Assembly: GCA_040756655.1 (NCBI GenBank)
Contig: JBFLYN010000002.1
Location: 72,634-136,633, forward strand
Direction of reading: 5' to 3'
Source: Bacillota bacterium
Lineage (GTDB): Bacteria > Bacillota > Sulfobacillia > UBA8153
DNA length: 64,000 nucleotides
Made by a program: the position numbers and the translations under genes. Below the pieces are notes generated by a model. The model worked only from the letters and a program-made list of their open reading frames with translations, made no database searches and was not told the DNA's origin. Of the stretch, positions 28,889 through 37,973 are shown one piece after another. Position 1 is the stretch's first letter. The number at the start of each line of letters is the position of its first letter.

Positions 28889-29282
28889 ATGAGAATGAGT
28901 TCGACCTGGTCATGGAACACGCCAGGAGCCACCTACAGGCCCCTGTCCCGGGGCAAGCCTCATCCCCGTACCTATGGAACCTGCGCACGGATCTTGGGCA
29001 AGTATGTCCGGAAAGGGACGCTGTCGTGGGAAATAGCGGTCAGCAAGATGACGTCGCTGCCCGCCGAGAAACTGGGGCTCTTTGACCGGGGGCTCACCCG
29101 CCCCGGCTGCGTCGCCGACTTGGTGCTGTTTTCCCCCGGGGGAGATAGCCGACACTGCCACCTACACTGAACCCCACGCCTATGCCCGGGGCGTGCGGGC
29201 AGTGTTGGTGAATGGCGCTGTCACCATAGAAAATAGAGAGCACACCGGGGCTGGCGGAGGACAGGTGCTACGCCACGCCTAG
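28889..29282 (+). pseudogene. Duplicated C-terminal fragment of the D-aminoacylase gene, frameshifted
   Basis: GKPHPRTYGTCARILGKYVRKGTLSWEIAVSKMTSLPAEKLGLFDRGLTRPGCVADLVLF matches the C-terminus of the intact 12590..14167 gene (GKPHPRCYGTFPRVLGKYVRQEGILTLEEAVRKMTSMPASRMGILDRGLIRPGMYADLVVF). It continues in another frame (TATYTEPHAYARGVRAVLVNGAV). Confidence 0.6.
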
Positions 29283-29347
29283 ATCCCCTCACCAATCTAT
29301 AGATGGCCGGGGTCGGAGGTCATCCTACCCCGGATGGTGATGTACAA

Positions 29348-29701
29348 ATGAACAGGACCATGGTGGCACTGGCGGTCAAATTCGTATTGACCCTCATCTT
29401 CGCCGGCGTTGCGTTCATGCTGGTGGCCGGAAACTCGCTCGGGCCGGTAGTGGTCGTTGCCGTTGCGGTTACCGTGGTGAACTACCTCGTGGGTGATCTC
29501 GGGGAATTACCCAGCTACGGTAACATTTGGGCGGCAGTGGGCGACGGTGTCATGGGGGCCATCGTGTCCTGGCTGGCGGCTCTCCTCATACCGGCCTTCC
29601 TGGTCACCCTCGGCAGCCTGGCGTTGTTCGCCGTGCTCACCGGCGTCACTGAATTCTACTTCCACCGGTACCTCATGAAGGATGAGAAGGTTGCTCCGTA
29701 A
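29348..29701 (+). CDS. DUF2512 (YndM-like) small membrane protein
   Basis: MNRTMVALAVKFVLTLIF...VNYLVGDLGELPSYGNIWAAVGDGVMG resembles YndM-family proteins. Confidence 0.55.
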   Translation: MNRTMVALAVKFVLTLIFAGVAFMLVAGNSLGPVVVVAVAVTVVNYLVGDLGELPSYGNIWAAVGDGVMGAIVSWLAALLIPAFLVTLGSLALFAVLTGVTEFYFHRYLMKDEKVAP

Positions 29702-29704
29702 AGC

Positions 29705-29730
29705 GGGACGGGGCTGCGAGGCCCCGCCCC
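29705..29730. terminator. GC-rich hairpin between the convergent genes
   Basis: GGGACGGGGC tgcgag GCCCCGCCCC. Confidence 0.45.
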
Positions 29731-29746
29731 TTCGGAAGCTCTTTGC

Positions 29747-30973
29747 CTACGCGGCAACTCCGGGACCGGACGAACGATAGAGGTCGGGCGAGAGGCGTTC
29801 GCCTTCAGTGGTGGCCACCATGGCGGCAGCAGTTATGTCGTCCACAACGTTAACGGCGGTGCGTGCCATATCCAGGATACGGTCTACCCCGGCGATGAGA
29901 GCTGTGCCTTCCAAGGGAAGACCCACCGATGTGAGCACGGTCATCAGCATGATCAAGCCTGCGCCGGGAACTCCGGCGGCACCGATGGAAGCCAAGACGG
30001 CGGTGACGGCGATGGTAAGCTGTTGCCCTATGGTCAGTTGAATGCCAAAGGCGTTGGCAATGAACACCGCCGCCACCGTCTGGTACAGGGCAGTGCCATC
30101 CATGTTCACCGTAGCCCCGATGGGCAACACGAACCCGGCAATGCCATCAGATACCCCGACCTGCTTTACCACCCGTAGGGTGACTGGGAGCGTGGCTGAA
30201 CTGCTGGCGGTGGTGAAGGCAAAGATGGGAGCGTCCTTGACCCGGACCAGGAACTTCAGCGGGTTGACCCGGCAAAAGTAGGCCACAAACAGGGCATGGA
30301 CAACGAACACGTGGACAATGCAGCCAATGTACACTATGGCGATCAAAAGGGCAAAGGGGCGTAACACCGCCAGCCCATGGTTCCCCACCGTCCAGGCTAT
30401 GAGCGCGAAGACCCCTATGGGAGCATACCACATCACCATGCCAACCACCCGGTACATGATGTCGGCGACTCCTCCCAAAACAGCCCGGACCGGCTCGGCA
30501 GTACGCCCGGCCAGCCCCATGGCCACCCCGAACATCAGGGTGAAGAAGATAATCTGCAGCATGGTGGTTTTGGCCATGGCGTCCACGATGTTGGTGGGGA
30601 CGATGTTGGTGAGGACTTCAGAAAAGGGCGGGGCCGTAACCTGCGCTACATCGCGTAACTGGCCCAGTTCCATGCCCCGGCCCACCCCGGTGGCGTTGGC
30701 CAGGGTAAGGCCGATGATCAGGGCAAAGATGCAAGTTACGTAATAGAAAAACAGAGTCTTTCCGAATACCCGGCCCAGCTTTACCCCACTGATGCCAGCC
30801 ACTCCCACGGCCAGGGTTGAAACCACCAGCGGGACCACCAGCATGCTCAGTAACCTGATGAAGATGGTGCCGAAGAAACGGAGCGCGGCAGCTTCGGGGC
30901 CGAGGATGGCCCCGGCGATGATGCCAAGCCCGAAGCCGATGAGTACCCTTTCCAAAATGCCGATCTTCTTCAT
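29747..30973 (-). CDS. Dicarboxylate/amino acid:cation symporter (DAACS, GltP/SstT-like)
   Basis: 408 aa, a multi-TM protein with DAACS family motifs (...GIPLEGTALIAGVDRILDMARTAVNV). Confidence 0.85.
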   Translation of the reverse strand: MKKIGILERVLIGFGLGIIAGAILGPEAAALRFFGTIFIRLLSMLVVPLVVSTLAVGVAGISGVKLGRVFGKTLFFYYVTCIFALIIGLTLANATGVGRGMELGQLRDVAQVTAPPFSEVLTNIVPTNIVDAMAKTTMLQIIFFTLMFGVAMGLAGRTAEPVRAVLGGVADIMYRVVGMVMWYAPIGVFALIAWTVGNHGLAVLRPFALLIAIVYIGCIVHVFVVHALFVAYFCRVNPLKFLVRVKDAPIFAFTTASSSATLPVTLRVVKQVGVSDGIAGFVLPIGATVNMDGTALYQTVAAVFIANAFGIQLTIGQQLTIAVTAVLASIGAAGVPGAGLIMLMTVLTSVGLPLEGTALIAGVDRILDMARTAVNVVDDITAAAMVATTEGERLSPDLYRSSGPGVAA

Positions 30974-31211
30974 CCTTAACCCTCCACAGTGCTAAAATAG
31001 GGAACCCACGCTACCCTCCTTCCCTCAGAGTCCCCCACATATGGAAAATTGTACCTGTCTTGGCTCTTTTCCTTCTGGAGCGCGTTGGTTATTGAACAGA
31101 AATTTGTGCATAAATCAGAGGCCGGGCTCTGGCCGTTCCACCGGCAGGGGGTGGCACAAAAGGAAAACTCCCCGAAGGGAGCTCCCAGCCGGTCATGACT
31201 GCAGGCGCCGG

Positions 31212-31316
31212 CTATTCTTTGTTCTTCCCCATCATCTTCTTGAGGATCCTAAGCTTAATGGGAGCCACGATGACACCGAGCACCGCCAGGAGCAAAAGCC
31301 ACATCCACCACTCCAT
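31212..31316 (-). CDS. 34-aa single-TM peptide
   Basis: MEWWMWLLLLAVLGVIVAPIKLRILKKMMGKNKE. The RBS is excellent: GGGAGGTG, 6 nt, ATG. Confidence 0.35.
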   Translation of the reverse strand: MEWWMWLLLLAVLGVIVAPIKLRILKKMMGKNKE

Positions 31317-31921
31317 GTTTGTCACCTCCCTCAAGTATAGCTTAGGTGCGGATGGGAAAACTTGAGAGCCAACATACATGCTGTTTAGCCGTACCTGGAC
31401 TGCATTGGCCTCCTTCTTGCGATGGCCGGTTGGTTCTGATGGCGTCCCCCAACCACATGCTATCGTGATGTGACTTGTCACCCCAAAGGACATTCTTGAT
31501 TAGGTTTTTTCCCGACACAACCCGTTGCCGTCAGAAGGAACGGTGAATTCCTCGGGAAAGGGATGGCTGTTCAATTATGCACGCGCGTGCATCCACGACG
31601 CAACCTAGTCGGTAAACCCAGTAGAAAATTCCAATCCTCGTCCAAGCCCACACTAACCTCAAAGACGGTAAAACATCGCTCAGGAGGATGAGCTTGGAGG
31701 AGTTGTTGCGCGCGCAATCGGGTTCGCATGTCCAATAAGTTGGCCGTGTCTATAAGGTCCCGGCCCTCTTCCGGCGTGATGCCCTTAGCCGACCACGATA
31801 CCAGTGACCTGCACCGGGCACAAGCCGAGCTCCCCCGACATGCAATGGAGAACTGGTGTCGTGGGTATCATCGCCAGATGACTGAGGCCGGGTCGCCCCG
31901 GCCTCGTGCCTTCCCAGGTGG

Positions 31922-32704
31922 TCATTTCCCTTCAAACTTGGCCGACCGCTTCTCCAAGTAAGCGGCCATGCCCTCTTTTTGGTCGGCCGTGGCAAAAAGC
32001 GCTGCGAACTCACCGGCCTCATAGGCGCTTCCCTCGGCCAGCGTAAGGTCAAGGCCGCGGTCAATGGCGCGCTTGGCAGCAGCGATGGCTAAAGGCCCCT
32101 TGCCAGCAATCTTGCGGGCCAGTTCCCGGGCACGTTCCATTAGCTGGTCGTGGGGGACCACCACGTCCACTAGGCCCATGCCTTCGGCTGATGCCGCATC
32201 GATAATGTCGCCGGTAAAGGTCAAAAGCTTGGCGCGGCCCCGTCCCACCAGCCGGGACAGGCGCTGGGTACCGGCAAAGCCCGGGATCACGCCCAGGTTC
32301 ACCTCGGGCTGGCCCAGCCTGGCCCTTTCCGAAGCCACCCGGATGTCGCACGCCATGGCCAGCTCGCACCCGCCCCCGAGGGCAAACCCGTTGATGGCAG
32401 CAATCACCACCACCGGCATGCTCTCGATGAAAGCTAGCACTGCCTGACCGTCCAGGGCAAACTGGCGGGCGGTTGCCACATCCATGTCCTTCATCTCACC
32501 GATATCGGCCCCGGCCACGAAAGCCTTTTCACCGGCACCAGTCAGGATGATCACCCGCACCTTGGCCTCCTGGAGTTCCTCGAGGGCGCTCTTTAGCTCA
32601 ACAAGGACTTGACGGTTGAGGGCATTGAGCACCCGGGGGCGGTTGATGGTCAGTACCGCCCAGGCGCCCTCGCGCTCGGTACTTATGTAAGCATACTCTG
32701 CCAC
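31922..32704 (-). CDS. crt: Short-chain enoyl-CoA hydratase (crotonase)
   Basis: 260 aa, crotonase fold (GAGEKAFVAGADI...AAINGFALGGGCELAMACD). Confidence 0.9.
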   Translation of the reverse strand: MAEYAYISTEREGAWAVLTINRPRVLNALNRQVLVELKSALEELQEAKVRVIILTGAGEKAFVAGADIGEMKDMDVATARQFALDGQAVLAFIESMPVVVIAAINGFALGGGCELAMACDIRVASERARLGQPEVNLGVIPGFAGTQRLSRLVGRGRAKLLTFTGDIIDAASAEGMGLVDVVVPHDQLMERARELARKIAGKGPLAIAAAKRAIDRGLDLTLAEGSAYEAGEFAALFATADQKEGMAAYLEKRSAKFEGK

Positions 32705-32722
32705 CCGATCACCTCCCAGGTC

Positions 32723-33571
32723 TTAGTACTGGTAGAAGCCCCGTCCCGTCTTCCTGCCGAGATGACCGGCCTTCACCATGCGCCGGAGAAGTGGACAGGG
32801 ACGGTACTTGGAATCGCCAAAGCCTTCGTACAGCACTTCCATTATGGCCAGGCAGGTGTCGAGCCCGATCAGGTCGGCCAACGCCAGCGGCCCCATGGGG
32901 TGGTTCATGCCCAGCTTCATGACGGTGTCGATGTCCCCGGCCGATGCCACGTCTTCCATGAGGCAAAACGCGGCCTCGTTGATCATGGGCATCAGGAGGC
33001 GGTTGGCTACAAAGCCGGGATAGTCGTTCACGGTCACCGGCGTCTTGCCCAACGCCTGGGCCAGCCCGGTGATGGTATCGTGGGTCTGAGCAGAGGTAGC
33101 TTGCCCGCGGATAACCTCCACTAGCTGCATGAGCGGCACCGGGTTCATAAAGTGCATGCCGATGAACCGGTCGGGCCGGTCGGTGGCTGCCGCCAGTTCG
33201 GTAATGGAGATCGAGGAAGTGTTGGTGGCCAGGATGGTCCCGGGAGGGCAGACCCGGTCCAGTTCGGAAAAGAGGGTCTTTTTGATGGCCACATTTTCCA
33301 CCACGGCCTCGATGACCACGTCGGCCCCGGCCGCTCGTTCCAAGCCGGTCACACCCTCGATGCGCCCTAGGACGGCGTCTCGTTCCTCGGTGGTCATGCG
33401 ACCCTTCTCCACCGTACGTTTGAGAAACCGCGCAATGCTCGCCCGGCCCTTCTCCACCAGTTCACTGGACAAGTCCTGTAGCAACACCTGGTACCCGGCT
33501 TGGGCAGCCACCTGGGCAATGCCCGCTCCCATCTGGCCTGCGCCTACTACCATGATGCACGTGATGCCCAC
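32723..33571 (-). CDS. hbd: 3-hydroxybutyryl-CoA dehydrogenase
   Basis: 282 aa, NAD-binding [13 protein letters not shown]. It is HBD-like throughout. Confidence 0.9.
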   Translation of the reverse strand: MGITCIMVVGAGQMGAGIAQVAAQAGYQVLLQDLSSELVEKGRASIARFLKRTVEKGRMTTEERDAVLGRIEGVTGLERAAGADVVIEAVVENVAIKKTLFSELDRVCPPGTILATNTSSISITELAAATDRPDRFIGMHFMNPVPLMQLVEVIRGQATSAQTHDTITGLAQALGKTPVTVNDYPGFVANRLLMPMINEAAFCLMEDVASAGDIDTVMKLGMNHPMGPLALADLIGLDTCLAIMEVLYEGFGDSKYRPCPLLRRMVKAGHLGRKTGRGFYQY

Positions 33572-33586
33572 GAAAACTCCTCCCCT

Positions 33587-34789
33587 CTACTTCACTCTGA
33601 CCACTGTGGCTTCGCCCTGGCCTCCGCCGGAGCAAATGGCGGCCACCCCGTACTTGAGGCCCCGCCGCCTCAGCTCGTAGATAAGCGTCATCAGGATGCG
33701 GCCGCCGCTGGCACCGATGGGATGACCGATGGCGATGGCGCCGCCGTTGACATTGACCCGGTCCGGGTCCAGCCCGGCCAGCTTGATGCTTGTGAGGGTG
33801 ACCGTGGCAAAAGCTTCGTTGATCTCCACCAGGTCCATCTGGGCAAAGGTAAGACCGACCCGTTCCAGCGCCTTTTTGGCGGACAATGCCGGCACAGTCC
33901 CCAGATCCTCAGCCTCAGAGGACACCATGCCCTGGGAGACGATGGTGGCCAGTGGCTCCAGCCCGAGTTCCTGGGCCTTTTCCCTGGACATCAGCACCAG
34001 GGCGCAGGCCCCATCGTTGATGCTGGGAGCGTTCCCGGCCGTGACCGTTCCAGCCGGGTCGAAGGCCGGTCTGAGGGCGGCCAGCTTTTCCGGGCTGGTG
34101 TCGCGCCTGGGGGTCTCGTCGGCGGTAAACTTGGTGGGCGGTCCCTTGCGCTGGGGGATTTCTACCGGCACGATCTCTTGGTCGAAATACCCGGCATCCA
34201 TGGCGGCGATGGCCAGGCGGTGGCTGCGGTACGCCCAGGCATCCTGGTCTTCGCGGCTAAAGTTGAACTTCTTGGCCATGGTGTTGCCGTGATTACCCAT
34301 GTGTACGTTCTTCACGGGACACCACAACCCATCGTGGACCGTTGCATCAAGCAGGGTACCGTGACCCAGGCGGTAGCCAAACCGGGCGCCCGGCAAAAGG
34401 TACGGTCCCTGGCTCATGTTCTCCATGCCGCCTGCCACCACAATGCTGGCGTCGCCGGCCCGGATGAGGGAGTCGGCCAGGTTGACCGCACGTAGGCTGG
34501 ATGCGCACACTTTGTTGATGGTGTCCGAAGGGACCTCCAACGGCAGGCCTGCAGCCAGGGTGGCCTGCCGGGATGGGACCTGGCCGGCCCCGGCCTGCAC
34601 CACCATGCCCATGAACACCTGGTCTATTGTGGCAGGCCGGATGCCCGCCCTCCTCACGGCCTCAGCAATGGCCAGCCCGCCCAGCTTGGCGGCCGGAATG
34701 TCTTTGAGGGCCCCGCCGAAGCCGCCAAACGGAGTCCGGCAGGCACTGACAATGACCGTCTCTTTCACGAGAAAGGCACCTCCTATCAT
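33587..34789 (-). CDS. thl: Acetyl-CoA C-acetyltransferase (thiolase)
   Basis: VIVSACRTPFGGFGG has the thiolase active-site Cys. The C-terminus ...AICSGGGQGEATVV has the second catalytic Cys. Confidence 0.9.
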   Translation of the reverse strand: MIGGAFLVKETVIVSACRTPFGGFGGALKDIPAAKLGGLAIAEAVRRAGIRPATIDQVFMGMVVQAGAGQVPSRQATLAAGLPLEVPSDTINKVCASSLRAVNLADSLIRAGDASIVVAGGMENMSQGPYLLPGARFGYRLGHGTLLDATVHDGLWCPVKNVHMGNHGNTMAKKFNFSREDQDAWAYRSHRLAIAAMDAGYFDQEIVPVEIPQRKGPPTKFTADETPRRDTSPEKLAALRPAFDPAGTVTAGNAPSINDGACALVLMSREKAQELGLEPLATIVSQGMVSSEAEDLGTVPALSAKKALERVGLTFAQMDLVEINEAFATVTLTSIKLAGLDPDRVNVNGGAIAIGHPIGASGGRILMTLIYELRRRGLKYGVAAICSGGGQGEATVVRVK

Positions 34790-34849
34790 GGTTTTGCGGT
34801 CCCAGGAACGGTGACAGTTCACCCCCCAACATCCCTGGCTGGAAGGAGG

Positions 34850-35638
34850 TCATGCCGGTGCGTCCACGTCGATGCGATAAGGGTGGGTGTAAACATTGAA
34901 GCGTTCTCCCCGGCAAAACCCGACCAGCGTAATACCGGCCTCCTTAGCCATGCTCACCGCCCGCTCGGTGGGAGCGGACCGGGACAGCACCACCGGCACG
35001 GCCAGGCGAGAGGCCTTGATGAGCATGTCTGAGCTTACGCGCCCGCTGACGGCCAGCACGTCGTAACTCCCCACTTGGCCCTGGAAGAGAGCGTACCCGG
35101 CCACCTTATCCACTGCGTTGTGTCGCCCGATATCCTCGCGTAGCACCTGGAAGCCTTCCTTGGCGGGCCGGGCCGCCGCGGCCACGTGGGTGCCACCGGT
35201 GGTCCGGAAAACCGGGCACTCCACTTGCAGCCGTCGCGCTAGCTCCAGCAGGCGGGTCCTGGCCACGGTACCCCCATGCGATACCCGGGCCGGACCTGCC
35301 ATAAGCGGTGCCGGTCGTCCTCCACACCCGGTCCAGGTGGCCTCGGTGCGCACGACCTTCCCAGGGTCTGGGTCCGTGGTCTCCACGTCGGCTACGCCCA
35401 CTTCCTCAGAGATGGTCATCCGGTCAACCTGCTCCAGGCGGTCGATGAAGCCGGCAGTCAGCAGAAAACCGGCCACCAGTTCCTCCAAGTGCTGAGGGGT
35501 ACACACCAGCGTGGCCAGTCGGCGCCCATGCCACTGGATGGCCAAATCGTATTCGGCCACCACCAAGTCTTCTATCTCCTCCACGGCGGAACCCCGCACC
35601 GCCCGGAGCTTGGTAGGGAGGACCGGGTCGGTCATCAC
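34850..35638 (-). CDS. fdhD: Formate dehydrogenase accessory sulfurtransferase FdhD
   Basis: 262 aa. WTGCGG and GGTHVAAAARP...GRHNAVDK are FdhD signatures. Confidence 0.85.
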   Translation of the reverse strand: MMTDPVLPTKLRAVRGSAVEEIEDLVVAEYDLAIQWHGRRLATLVCTPQHLEELVAGFLLTAGFIDRLEQVDRMTISEEVGVADVETTDPDPGKVVRTEATWTGCGGRPAPLMAGPARVSHGGTVARTRLLELARRLQVECPVFRTTGGTHVAAAARPAKEGFQVLREDIGRHNAVDKVAGYALFQGQVGSYDVLAVSGRVSSDMLIKASRLAVPVVLSRSAPTERAVSMAKEAGITLVGFCRGERFNVYTHPYRIDVDAPA

Positions 35639-36108
35639 GCGCCGGCCTGTTTCTTCAAGTCGTTGACCAGCCTTTCTACTTTACCCGGGGCGAGGTGGCC
35701 GTAGGTCTTCTCGTTGACCATAACTGCTGGGGCCAGCCCGCAAGCACCCGGGCAAGCCACGCGTTCCAGGGTAAAGAGCATGTCGGGAGTGGTTTCGCCT
35801 GCCCCAACGTTCCGCTTCCTGCTGAGCACGTTGAAAAGCTGCTCTCCTCCGCGCACGTGACAGGCCGTATCCAGGCACAGCCGGATCACGTGCTTGCCCC
35901 GGGGCTTCAAGTGGAACTGGGAGTAGAAGGTTATTACCCCAAACACCCTGCTCAGCGGCACCCGCAGCGATGTCGATATGGATCGGAGATTCTCCTGGGA
36001 AAGGTACCCGAACTCCTTCTCGGTCTTCTGGAGGACCGCGATGAGCGCCAACGCCCGGGCGCCGTGCCGCTGGACGATGGTATTGAGTCGTTCTTGGGCC
36101 ATGGCCAT
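35635..36108 (-). CDS. nuoE: NuoE/HndA-like [2Fe-2S] thioredoxin-fold subunit
   Basis: 157 aa. Cys ligands are in RLCLDTACHVRG ... ACPGACGLAPAVMVNE. Confidence 0.8.
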   Translation of the reverse strand: MAMAQERLNTIVQRHGARALALIAVLQKTEKEFGYLSQENLRSISTSLRVPLSRVFGVITFYSQFHLKPRGKHVIRLCLDTACHVRGGEQLFNVLSRKRNVGAGETTPDMLFTLERVACPGACGLAPAVMVNEKTYGHLAPGKVERLVNDLKKQAGA

Positions 36109-36121
36109 GGTGGTTCCTCCT

Positions 36122-36571
36122 CTAGGACGTCGGCGTTTTTTCCAACCACACGGCGCACACTTTCAGTTGCGGTATCTTGGCCACCGGATCCAGCGCCGGG
36201 TTGGTCAGGATGTTGGCAGCACTCTCTGCGAAGTGGAACGGCATGAACACCACGCGCCGTCCGATCCCCGGGGTCACCATGACCCGGGTAGATACCCGGC
36301 CGCGACGGGACACTGAAGTGATGAACTCGCCGTCCTCTACCCCCAGCTCAACGGCGGTAGCGGGGTGTACCTGAACAAAGCCTTCTGGCGCTATGGCGTC
36401 CAGCCCCTTGGCCCGGCGGCTCATGGAGCTGGTATGGAAGTGGTACAGGATCCGGCCGGTAGTCACGATGTAACCAAAAAGGTCCTGGCCCAAAAGCCCG
36501 TGCTCGCAGGCAGCTGCCACGGCCTTGTGCAACCTGGACACAGCCAGCAGGTACTCGGCTCGCATATACAT
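36122..36571 (-). pseudogene. fdhA: Chimeric remnant: a NuoF/FdhB-like internal segment fused in-frame to the C-terminal MGD-binding domain of the formate dehydrogenase alpha subunit
   Basis: YMRAEYLLAVSRLHKAVAAACEHGLLGQDLFG is a NuoF-like mid region. It is followed directly by EFITSVSRRGRVSTRVMVTPGIGRRVVFMPFHFAESAANILTNPALDPVAKIPQLKVCAVWLEK, the FdhA C-terminus. About 1,100 codons of fdhB and fdhA are missing. Confidence 0.65.
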
Positions 36572-37396
36572 GTACCCCTGCTGGGCGCCGCGATGGCCAC
36601 ACCCTCCACCACCCGGTGCGAGTCGCCCTCCATGACGCCCCGGTCCATGAAAGCGCCCGGGGCACCCTCGTCACCGTTGCAGATTAGATACTTGGTTTCT
36701 CCTGGGCTGGAACGTGCCAGTCGCCACTTGGTACCGGTGGGGAATCCGCCGCCACCCCGGCGCGCAGTCCCGACGTTGCGATTTCGGCTATGACGTCCTC
36801 AGGCGTCATCTCCAGCAGATAGCGAGCCAGTGCGTGGTAGCCGCCGTGACCCAGGGCATCTTCCAGATCCTCCGGGTCCAGGTGACCGCAGCCGGAAAGG
36901 GCTACCCGGACCTGCTCGCTGTAGAAGGGCACCTTCTCCTCGGTATGAATATGCCCCCGCTGCCGTCGCTAAACAGCAGGCGGTCCACAGTCTGGTTAGC
37001 GACGGCAGCGGCGACGATGTCCTTTGCATCCTTCGCCTTGACGTTCACGTAGAAAAACCCCTGGGGTTCGACCCTGACCAGCGGTCCCTAGCCGGCGGTT
37101 ACTCCAGGTGCCTGACCCGTCTCCAGCAGGCGCACCAGCTCGTCATGCACCTCCGCTGCACCAGACGCCAGGCAACCAGTACCCGCGCACACCAGGAGCC
37201 TTGCCCCCAAAGACTTCTGCAGGCCCTGCCGGGCTGCGGCCCGGGCCTTGAGTTCGTCCAGTGTTGGTATGGAATTCGGCATGTCTTGACCTCCTGCTTC
37301 GTAGCGCCGGTCGGTCGGGGAAATGGCGGCACCGGGACTTGGTCCAACCAATGCTATTAGCCACTCGACTGTACTTTTCCTGCTCAAGACGGCCAT
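36463..37396 (-). pseudogene. fdhB: FdhB/HndC (NuoF-like) beta subunit N-terminal region, broken by at least two frameshifts and an in-frame TAG
   Basis: ORF 37088..37396 (LDELKARAAARQGL...LLVCAGTGCLASGAAEVHDELVRL) ends at TAG. Homology continues after the stop (GPLVRVEPQGFFYVNVKAKDAKDIVAAAV). It then shifts frame into ORF 36684..36932 (VPFYSEQVRVALSGCGHLDPEDLE...) and again into ORF 36463..36648 (AFMDRGVMEGDSHRVVEGVAIAA). Confidence 0.65.
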
Positions 37397-37468
37397 GGCA
37401 AACCCCTTTGCTGCTGGCCCCGGTTATGCTATCCTGAGATCAGCAACTGCAAGGGAGGGGAAAAACCC

Positions 37469-37666
37469 ATGCCCAAGAAGCTTTACCGGTCACGGACACT
37501 GCGCATGGTATCGGGTGTGTGTGGAGGCATTGCCGAGTACTTCAACGTGGATGAGACCCTGATCCGCCTTGTTACGGCCTTTGGCATCATCGCCTCGGGC
37601 ATCGTGCCGGGCGTCCTCTTGTACTTTGCCGCCTCCATCATCGTGCCCGAGGCGCCTAAGGTGTGA
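37469..37666 (+). CDS. PspC-domain small membrane protein
   Basis: 65 aa. RSRTLRMVSGVCGGIAEYFNVDETLIRL is the PspC domain signature. The RBS is GGGAGGGG. Confidence 0.7.
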   Translation: MPKKLYRSRTLRMVSGVCGGIAEYFNVDETLIRLVTAFGIIASGIVPGVLLYFAASIIVPEAPKV

Positions 37667-37973
37667 CGGCCTGATCCTGTCGGACTTGGCTGAGCACGTG
37701 CCCGCCCGGATGGGTGGGCATGCTTGTTTGCGGGGCCGTTTGCCATGATTCCCATTTGTGCTGAATTTCCCTTATGTGGAGGAATTGGGAGGGCCGACGA
37801 GAAATAGACAGGTGGCTTCTTTGTCTGTCACCGGCTGCCCAGCACGTATAGGGAAACCAGCCGCGGGCCGGGCATGCCGGGTCAATGGGCAATGCTAACT
37901 GAAGATGATCGAAGCCGTCGAAAACCGCCCTCTCCCGGGCGGAGAAATGCGAAGAAAGCAAGGAGGACTGCGC

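Noticed and set aside
36348-36674. 108-aa ORF MTRVPRALSWTGASW...
   Set aside because: It is an alternative frame across the decayed fdhB segment. The NuoF-like homology lies in the other frames.
37088-37090. In-frame TAG in fdhB as a pyrrolysine codon, and the TGA before purL as selenocysteine
   Set aside because: The fdhB locus is riddled with frameshifts and a large deletion, so the TAG is a nonsense mutation. The TGA at purL is upstream of the coding region (it follows the purQ C-terminus in another frame), and no SECIS-like context was seen.
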